IMG/VR virus record: IMGVR_UViG_3300020165_000009
DNA: 64,000 bases
Strand: one strand, 5' to 3'
Origin: a virus
A program made the position numbers and the translations under genes. Of the stretch, positions 58,021 to 64,000 are shown one piece after another. The notes beneath the pieces are model-generated. The model worked only from the letters and a program-made list of their open reading frames with translations. It was not told the DNA's origin and ran no database searches. How positions within the stretch are numbered: the first letter of the stretch is position 1; every line of letters starts with the position of its first letter.

Positions 58021-58033
58021 ACACAATTATAAC

Positions 58034-58534
58034 CTATGCTCGGCGCGATGCAAGAGTTATCTTACGCTTATATTGTGGTAATGCCATTTGTTGCATCACT
58101 TGATTGAGAGCCTTTACCTTATGTACTAGTACTGAGCCTGCATCAGCGATCTTAGCATTGATAGCGAGAATAGGCGCCTTCGATAAGTCGGCAAGATCTC
58201 TACGTATATTATCTGTTAATGTAGTTAAATTAACTCTACCATACCCTGTTATAACTATCGATGGATTGGAAGGGGTGTTAATAGTATCTTCATGCTTAAG
58301 GTCGATGTAACCATAAACCTCATCTTCATTATCAGAAGCGAGATCAACAGCTGACATAATACCGGCTGCATTAGCCTTACCTCTACCGATTAACCCAGAG
58401 AATTGATTAGCGTTTGAATTCTCAACATCGTCACCGGGCCTGTACTTAGCATTATTAGGGTTACGTTGCTGCATTGTACCGATAGCGGACTGGTTAAGGT
58501 ATGATTCAACAATGTTTCTATCTTCTTCTCGCAT
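58034..58534 (-). CDS. Hypothetical late protein
   Basis: TATAAATA 5 nt before ATG; leader NIVESY. Confidence 0.55.
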   Translation of the reverse strand: MREEDRNIVESYLNQSAIGTMQQRNPNNAKYRPGDDVENSNANQFSGLIGRGKANAAGIMSAVDLASDNEDEVYGYIDLKHEDTINTPSNPSIVITGYGRVNLTTLTDNIRRDLADLSKAPILAINAKIADAGSVLVHKVKALNQVMQQMALPQYKRKITLASRRA

Positions 58535-58542
58535 AATAATAT

Positions 58543-58986
58543 TTATACCATCTCATCGAATTTAATCATTAGCCTCTCCCATTCATGACATTCGAGCTCA
58601 CATGGGTTCTTGAGGTAGTTATCATTCATAGCTGCAAGATCTTTAAGTGAGTAAGCAATCTTCTTCTCTGGTACCTTCTGTAGCACAGCCTGTACCCAAT
58701 GACGAAACTCATGAGCAATAGACGATAAGAAATACTCTCTCTTCTTCTGCTTAGTATCGCAAGCATAAGATATCAGACCCACCTCAATTTCATCTTCGCC
58801 CCAGAAGTATGAAGAGCTCTGAGAGTTAATACCCTTAATACCAACTTCATAAGACCAATATTTACGAGTAGGTACTAGACTATTAGCAAGGTAGTTAAGA
58901 AACAATTCCAGCTTACGTTTATCTACATCAAACAAGCGAAGCTTCTTATTAATAGCCTTATCACATTTAAACTTAATATCGATCAT
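58543..58986 (-). CDS. Putative zincin-like metalloprotein
   Basis: IAHEFRHWVQ (HExxH) ... Y--NPCELE; preceded by GGAAC module. Confidence 0.6.
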   Translation of the reverse strand: MIDIKFKCDKAINKKLRLFDVDKRKLELFLNYLANSLVPTRKYWSYEVGIKGINSQSSSYFWGEDEIEVGLISYACDTKQKKREYFLSSIAHEFRHWVQAVLQKVPEKKIAYSLKDLAAMNDNYLKNPCELECHEWERLMIKFDEMV

Positions 58987-59044
58987 ACCATTATTATATC
59001 GGTGTTCCCTTATGCGATTTCCGGACTAGGTACTTTGTCTTTCT

Positions 59045-59590
59045 CTATGTCCATAGTCTATGATGGTGCTTAATAATGGCTCTCATACAATCCTTATCCT
59101 TCTTGAGTTTTATAGCTTCAAGTCTACCTACCTCTTTATAACACGCTGTTTGCTCAGGCGAAACGGTTATCTCATAATGTCCATCAACGGTTTCACTCTT
59201 GCTGAATAGTGTCTCAAGTGGCTCCCGTGGTGGGTACGCAGCATCTATCTTCTCATCTATATCATTACGACCAGTCTTAATCCAGTTATAAGCCTTCATT
59301 AGCTCTTTGTCAACCTCCATCTGCTCATCAGCATAGGCCTGACTTACAAACTTAAGCTTAACTTCTTCAGCCCAATCATAACCAATGTCGTGTACCCAGT
59401 TAACTTTGCGTTCAACCTCTACATGATGCTCAAGGCACTTAAATAACATCCGCGGAATAAGTTCAACCTTATCACAATATGTATCAGGTATAACATTAGT
59501 CAACCATTCCTGCTTAGGGTAGAAGAAGCATTTGACCTTATATTGTAGGTCCCACCAGTAGTGGCTGTTGAATAGTAATTTTAGTTTCAT
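59045..59590 (-). CDS. Hypothetical protein; true start may be 59627 via an A7 slip
   Basis: 181-aa ORF ending LWT; see finding on the A7 run. Confidence 0.6.
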   Translation of the reverse strand: MKLKLLFNSHYWWDLQYKVKCFFYPKQEWLTNVIPDTYCDKVELIPRMLFKCLEHHVEVERKVNWVHDIGYDWAEEVKLKFVSQAYADEQMEVDKELMKAYNWIKTGRNDIDEKIDAAYPPREPLETLFSKSETVDGHYEITVSPEQTACYKEVGRLEAIKLKKDKDCMRAIIKHHHRLWT

Positions 59591-60201
59591 TATACTAGGA
59601 TAGCCAATCTTTTTTTGTTGTTTCCATACTCTTATTATATCGGAGTTCCTATAAGGGCATCTTACTTCTTCCAGAAAGCCCCCTGCCGCAGGCCGCCCAC
59701 AGACGCGCCGCAGGCGCGCAAAAAAATCTCTCCGCGGCTCGAGCCACCCGCCGCTCCCATATGCACCATGCCCACAGTATATAGAGCTCTGATATCTGAT
59801 AGGAGTATCCCGGAGACGTCCTCATACTATAGAGGCGGGAAGCCCGCTAACTTAGAAGATAGGAAAGGTACTTAGAAGTGTTATATTCTCTTATACCCCT
59901 TTGGGGTGGATAGAAGGGTACTGTATATAGACGCTGTCCCTACACGGACAACCTAAGGAGACAGGGGCCATTCATATGTCTAATACAGTCGATACTCTCG
60001 GAAGGCTCGGAGCAAGCGGAGGCGAGAGAGAACGGGGGCTATATAAGAGGCAGGCGAGCGCGCACAAAAATTTTTTATGGCATGGGACTATACCATTCCT
60101 GATTCCTCTGCTCTATATATATACCTTTCCAGTGGCGTGATCTCTCAGAGCGGGTCTCTCTCTGACAAGCTTTGTATTCTGAGAACGCGGTGGTGGTATA
60201 G

Positions 60202-60232
60202 AAAAAGGGCCTAGCTCTCTCGAACTAGACCC
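60202..60232 (-). terminator. Intrinsic terminator closing the early gene array
   Basis: Minus strand GGGTCTAGTTC-GAGA-GAGCTAGGCCC-TTTTT. Confidence 0.75.
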
Positions 60233-60339
60233 ATTACAACAAATTAAAGCAAGAGGTAGACTGTAAGTTATATTATTAGTTGTAGTCTGTTTTAAGGAGC
60301 CTACCTCTTGCTATCATACAGCGTCGCAGCTGATTGATA

Positions 60340-60687
60340 TTAAACTGGTGACCATTCGATTACATCCGACTCTTCTGTCTTCCAATCGATAGTATTGGCG
60401 ATGTAATTGATCACGGTTGACTTGATGCCACCTCCGGGAGTGCGTAAGGAGCGTCCATCTGATGTCCAGGGCTTGATGTCGATAGTGTGATTAGGGAATC
60501 GATCTTGGAGTGATTGCTTGAGCTCATCTGCTAGTTCTGGATTGTCGTGAGCTAGCTTGGCTCCAAAGAGCTTGATGCGATTGTGACCTACTCTCTTATC
60601 GTTGTAGATGTTTCCTTCGAAATGGATCCCGAGTGATTCGAGAGCTGTTTTTACGTGACGTTGGTTTAGTATACTGTTCGTGTTCAT
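60340..60687 (-). CDS. Hypothetical early protein (cassette)
   Basis: ATG lies within a GGAAC module. Confidence 0.65.
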   Translation of the reverse strand: MNTNSILNQRHVKTALESLGIHFEGNIYNDKRVGHNRIKLFGAKLAHDNPELADELKQSLQDRFPNHTIDIKPWTSDGRSLRTPGGGIKSTVINYIANTIDWKTEESDVIEWSPV

Positions 60688-60708
60688 AATAATATTATAT
60701 CGGAGTTC

Positions 60709-60948
60709 CTATGCATCTAGCATTGCAGACTTCTTATGTCCTTCTTCTTCATTAGTGTTGTATCCTTTAGTGTAAGCTGTGATCTGCTCGGCGGACATAT
60801 CAACCATGTCTACACGAGGAGAGTTATATGAGCCTGAGCCATACATATAGCAGTGCGGGTCAAAGGGGCGATCGTAATAGCTATCTGCTGCTCCTCGATC
60901 ATATGGTGAGCCATGGGACTTGTCGTATTGTGGGGTTGTATCTGTCAT
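60709..60948 (-). CDS. Hypothetical early protein (cassette)
   Basis: HGSPYDRGAADSYY motif; TAG stop is part of the next module. Confidence 0.7.
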   Translation of the reverse strand: MTDTTPQYDKSHGSPYDRGAADSYYDRPFDPHCYMYGSGSYNSPRVDMVDMSAEQITAYTKGYNTNEEEGHKKSAMLDA

Positions 60949-60969
60949 GTCTATATTATACTACTGTTC

Positions 60970-61191
60970 CTAGACTACTCCATCTGGTACCCATTCAAAC
61001 ATACCTGGAATATCTTCTATAGGTTTGAGGGTGTGTTGTTCTACTTCGATATTATCGATGTTATCTTCTCCATCTAGTAGAGACCAGAACTTATCATATG
61101 CTCTAGCGAATCCATCAGCATCGATCCAGAGCTGCTTATCTTGTTCATCCTGACTGTATGCGAAATGATAACGATTGTTTAGCTTTTCCAT
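60970..61191 (-). CDS. Hypothetical early protein (cassette)
   Basis: Bounded by modules at both ends. Confidence 0.65.
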   Translation of the reverse strand: MEKLNNRYHFAYSQDEQDKQLWIDADGFARAYDKFWSLLDGEDNIDNIEVEQHTLKPIEDIPGMFEWVPDGVV

Positions 61192-61212
61192 ACTCTTATT
61201 ATATCGGAGTTC

Positions 61213-61470
61213 CTAATACTTTAAGTCCATGATAGGACAGAACCAAGCTTTCAATTGCTCTACCTCATAGTGTGCCCTACCGAAGTCTCCCTCCAGTTGC
61301 CAGTACTCTATCGTGTTGATGCTGAGGTTAAGCTTATCCATCAGGCGCTGGCACTCCTTACTACCCTCTGTAGCTGCTGCTTGTAGATCGCTTCCGGCCT
61401 TACTATATAGCCAATTGTAGCATCTCTGCATATAGAGTAGGTCTTTCGGTACATCTTCTGGGAGAGGCAT
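61213..61470 (-). CDS. Hypothetical early protein
   Basis: Start refined to MPLPED (TAATG overlap); stop within module. Confidence 0.6.
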   Translation of the reverse strand: MPLPEDVPKDLLYMQRCYNWLYSKAGSDLQAAATEGSKECQRLMDKLNLSINTIEYWQLEGDFGRAHYEVEQLKAWFCPIMDLKY

Positions 61471-61637
61471 TACTTGATTAGGTGGATGGTTAGTGTGATA
61501 GCAGCTGACCATACTACTACTGATGCTGCAAAGATAACGAATAGATTTCTTACTGAGTGGAGGTCTTGCTTGATCCTCTCTAGCTCTATCTTCTTGTCTA
61601 GGTCGTCTAGGACTTCTTGTATGGGATGTGCCTTCAT
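61470..61637 (-). CDS. 55-aa membrane protein; not in the ORF track
   Basis: MKAHPIQEVLDDLDKKIELERIKQDLHSVRNLFVIFAASVVVWSAAITLTIHLIK; ATGA and TAATG overlaps with neighbours. Confidence 0.65.
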   Translation of the reverse strand: MKAHPIQEVLDDLDKKIELERIKQDLHSVRNLFVIFAASVVVWSAAITLTIHLIK

Positions 61638-61849
61638 GATCCGTACTTCTCGTGCTCTACTGCAGCTGCATCATGAGTTTCTTTCTTCAGGTCATCTAGG
61701 GCCTGGTCCAACAACTCCTGGATTGCGCATTCTAGGTCCCAATTCTTTAGGTCGAGGCCCTTCTCCTTCATCTTCTTCATTAGGGCGAAGCCACTCAATG
61801 AAGAGCTCAAGCGCCCATATGCATATGGGTAGTTTATCCTTTTGTCCAT
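61634..61849 (-). CDS. Hypothetical early protein (cassette)
   Basis: ATG within module. Confidence 0.65.
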   Translation of the reverse strand: MDKRINYPYAYGRLSSSLSGFALMKKMKEKGLDLKNWDLECAIQELLDQALDDLKKETHDAAAVEHEKYGS

Positions 61850-61869
61850 AACTTATTATATCAGTGTTC

Positions 61870-62187
61870 CTAGTGCACTAGAGCATCACTCTTAATGTCT
61901 AGCTTAATCTCTCTTGGCTCTCTATAGCAGGGCTCGATATCGACAATAGTACATCTAGTGAACGATCCAGGTACATCATACACATCATGGAAGGCCTTGC
62001 GAACAGACTCTTCATCATACATAAACACATGCTCGTCGACCTGTAAGACATAGTCCATGCCTCCTTTGTTCTTGTAACGACCATAGGCTTCATCGCCTAT
62101 ATGGTCTTCACAACCATACCACTCCTTGTATTGTGTCTTGATTAGGACCTTCATCGTGTGGATTATTTTATAGTTCTTATTCATCAT
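61870..62187 (-). CDS. Hypothetical early protein (cassette)
   Basis: TQYKEWYG...YKNKGG motif; bounded by modules. Confidence 0.65.
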   Translation of the reverse strand: MMNKNYKIIHTMKVLIKTQYKEWYGCEDHIGDEAYGRYKNKGGMDYVLQVDEHVFMYDEESVRKAFHDVYDVPGSFTRCTIVDIEPCYREPREIKLDIKSDALVH

Positions 62188-62258
62188 ACTATTATTATAT
62201 CGGAGTTCCTAATATAGTAGGCAGTTTAGGCACTTACCTAGGTGTTATGATGAAATCT

Positions 62259-62594
62259 TTACCAGCCTAAGGCATGCCTTGGACCTTCTGGGAGATAGCC
62301 TAGCTGTGTACCTTCTTCGAGATATACCACATCCTCGAGCACTCCTTCGTCTTCTAAATTCTGCTCAGCCAATGCCTTCATATCTTTATGTGACATAGGC
62401 TCTTGATTATTTTCGTCAATCGATTGTCGGATCTCTTCAATCTCATTGTCGATCATTGTATGCTTATCCCATGGGACTACTTCTGCAATGGAGTACTCAA
62501 ATGGATAGCTAGGTTGACTCGCAAATCGAACTTCAGCGTTAGGTGACTGCTCAGCGATTTCTTCTAGTGCTTGGATTAGGTCTTGTATATTCAT
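62259..62594 (-). CDS. Hypothetical early protein (cassette)
   Basis: DLIQALE...EVRFASQPSYPFEYSI...QLGYLP; module upstream. Confidence 0.7.
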   Translation of the reverse strand: MNIQDLIQALEEIAEQSPNAEVRFASQPSYPFEYSIAEVVPWDKHTMIDNEIEEIRQSIDENNQEPMSHKDMKALAEQNLEDEGVLEDVVYLEEGTQLGYLPEGPRHALGW

Positions 62595-62620
62595 CGTGAC
62601 TAATTATATTGGTGTTCCTG

Positions 62621-62911
62621 TTAGTGAATCTCTGCCACTAGATCTAATCCAGCCTTCTCAATAATATCCATTAACTCGTCATTTAACATATCTAACTTAG
62701 CGAATAATCTAGAGTGGTTATTATTATCTACATCAAACTTAGTTCCTTCAAATCCCTTCTCATCACTCATCCATGAATCGATTCTCTTAATCTTCTGGAC
62801 AAGTTCCTCTCCGAGATATAATAAAGCAGTTTCCTTATCATCTCTCTCCATATCATTGAAGTATCTTGTTGCGCGAATCTTGCTTAGTTTGTTATATGTT
62901 ATATTCATCAT
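62621..62911 (-). CDS. Hypothetical early protein (cassette)
   Basis: Bounded by modules. Confidence 0.65.
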   Translation of the reverse strand: MMNITYNKLSKIRATRYFNDMERDDKETALLYLGEELVQKIKRIDSWMSDEKGFEGTKFDVDNNNHSRLFAKLDMLNDELMDIIEKAGLDLVAEIH

Positions 62912-62932
62912 ACTATTATTATATTAGAGTTC

Positions 62933-63142
62933 CTACTTCAAATGATTTACTGTCATCTTAATACCAATATCAATACCAGTTCGAAGTGCCTCTTTAAGAG
63001 CGCCTTCAAGCCGCCAAACACTCACATCATGAAAATCAAGACTATCTGACTTTTGTTCCTTAAGTGTTTTAATATGCATATGCTTCTTGGCAATTGCTGC
63101 TACCAACTCGTCCTGCTCTTTTCCTAAACAATCATTCATCAT
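62933..63142 (-). CDS. Hypothetical early protein (DUF6900-like)
   Basis: IAKKH--IKTL-EQKSDSLDFHDVSVW-L--AL. Confidence 0.6.
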   Translation of the reverse strand: MMNDCLGKEQDELVAAIAKKHMHIKTLKEQKSDSLDFHDVSVWRLEGALKEALRTGIDIGIKMTVNHLK

Positions 63143-63154
63143 ACTATTATTATA

Positions 63155-63298
63155 TTAGAGTTCCTCCTTAATAATCTCACCACCCTTTAGAATATAAAAC
63201 CAACAATCATCTTCACAATCATCAATCTCATATCCATAATCAACTCTCAACAACTCACCTCTATACTTCTTACCAACTTCTAATATATCTTTCATCAT
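63155..63298 (-). CDS. 47-aa acidic early protein; not in the ORF track
   Basis: MMKDILEVGKKYRGELLRVDYGYEIDDCEDDCWFYILKGGEIIKEEL; starts and stops inside modules. Confidence 0.7.
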   Translation of the reverse strand: MMKDILEVGKKYRGELLRVDYGYEIDDCEDDCWFYILKGGEIIKEEL

Positions 63299-63310
63299 AC
63301 TATTATTATA

Positions 63311-63475
63311 TTAGAGTTCCTTAATAAATTCCTCAACTACCTCTTTAAAGACACTTCCATCATCAAATTTGAACTCATCAGCTCCATTCTCGCCCCAACC
63401 TTCTTCAATAAAGTCTAGTACTTTTAAACCAACTTCATCTCCATATTTTTCACAAACACTTTTATAATTCATCAT
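63311..63475 (-). CDS. 54-aa acidic early protein; not in the ORF track
   Basis: MMNYKSVCEKYGDEVGLKVLDFIEEGWGENGADEFKFDDGSVFKEVVEEFIKEL; starts and stops inside modules. Confidence 0.7.
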   Translation of the reverse strand: MMNYKSVCEKYGDEVGLKVLDFIEEGWGENGADEFKFDDGSVFKEVVEEFIKEL

Positions 63476-63496
63476 ACTATTATTATATTGGAGTTC

Positions 63497-63766
63497 CTAA
63501 AATTGAATATACAAACCCTCTTCCAACTTATTAACTTCTTCTAATACCTTCTCTACTTTAATAGTCCAATCATCCTTACTATCATAATCTCCATCATCCT
63601 TCATATCTTTTATAAAGTCTGTAATCTGTTCCTTCCAAAAACTTACCTTAACAACTCGACCTATTAAGTCTAATCCTGACCACATATCATATAAAGAACT
63701 ACAAACATCAAAATCAACATTTGTATCGCCAAACTCAACTACCTTATAACCTTTTACTTTCATCAT
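63497..63766 (-). CDS. Acidic early protein (cassette)
   Basis: Bounded by modules. Confidence 0.7.
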   Translation of the reverse strand: MMKVKGYKVVEFGDTNVDFDVCSSLYDMWSGLDLIGRVVKVSFWKEQITDFIKDMKDDGDYDSKDDWTIKVEKVLEEVNKLEEGLYIQF

Positions 63767-63787
63767 ACTATTATTATATTGGAGTTC

Positions 63788-64000
63788 CTAAAACTCTACT
63801 AACACCTCATCATCAAACTTCTCAAGACTATTAAGCATTATTACACATTTGTCTTTCCACCAACAATATTCACTATTCTCTTCAACCCACTCAATAGTAC
63901 TTTCTAGAATAATCTTCAAAAACTCAACATCTAAAAACCTTCCTTCAATATCTTTCCCACTTCCATTCTCATAAATCTCTTCACATAATTTATAATCCAA
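63788..64000 (-). CDS. Acidic early protein, 5'-truncated by window edge
   Basis: Open to the window end; stop inside module. Confidence 0.65.
   Translation of the reverse strand: MDYKLCEEIYENGSGKDIEGRFLDVEFLKIILESTIEWVEENSEYCWWKDKCVIMLNSLEKFDDEVLVEF

Larger units (their letters stand above)
58984..63790 (-). repeat. Dispersed ~25-nt repeat (stop/promoter/start module), 13 copies in this interval
   Basis: Minus-strand consensus TAGGAAC(T/A)C(C/T)RATATAATAA(T/G)AGT-ATG; copies begin (+ strand, at CAT) near 58984, 59625, 60685, 60946, 61189, 61847, 62185, 62592, 62909, 63140, 63296, 63473, 63764. Confidence 0.92.

Noticed and set aside
59615-59875. 86-aa plus-strand ORF
   Set aside because: TTG start, crosses a minus-strand promoter module, and its composition reflects the GC-rich non-coding block.
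61474-61851. 125-aa plus-strand ORF
   Set aside because: Antisense to two coupled minus-strand cassette genes; Ser-rich shadow translation.
58984-63790. Repeat array as a CRISPR array
   Set aside because: Intervening segments are roughly 130-1000 nt and encode intact ORFs; repeats are degenerate, non-palindromic and contain TATAAT plus ATG; no cas operon (the PD-(D/E)XK nuclease at 27 kb is a common stand-alone phage gene).
1-64000. Stop-codon reassignment
   Set aside because: Core genes are full length in the standard code, and TAG, TGA and TAA all terminate genes at sensible positions.

Overview
64 kb of a large T4-like (myovirus) bacteriophage genome, AT-rich and densely coding. It contains the head/neck module (gp15, gp20 portal, gp13, gp4, gp21, gp67-like, gp22, gp23), a gp5-like baseplate hub with a separate lysozyme gene, nrdA/nrdB, a DinG-like helicase, gp62, GroES, PhoH, Fe/Mn SOD, an outer-membrane beta-barrel gene and tRNA-Asn(GUU). 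A 7-deazaguanine pathway is dispersed across the window: folE, queD, queE, queF, a DpdA3/TGT-like gene next to a nucleotide kinase, a purine PRTase and a DUF366-like protein; queC is not in the window. There are two glycan-modification islands. The larger one follows a probable tail-fibre adhesin and has an aminoglycoside-biosynthesis-like enzyme set (amidinotransferase, radical SAM/SPASM, PIG-L deacetylase, DegT, RmlD, glycosyltransferases). Four patterns stand out. (1) An array of small early genes, most joined by a conserved ~25-nt stop/promoter/start module, TAGGAAC-N5-TATAAT-N5-8-ATG (14 copies). (2) The genes at the upstream end of that array have almost no cytidine on the coding strand. 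(3) An unannotated 57-aa ORF between gp13 and gp4 is a protein-level conserved copy of an internal segment of the major capsid protein. (4) Promoter-to-ATG spacing implies largely leaderless mRNAs, and several late enzymes carry T4-like capsid-targeting leaders. All family assignments are from motif recognition by eye; no database searches were run.
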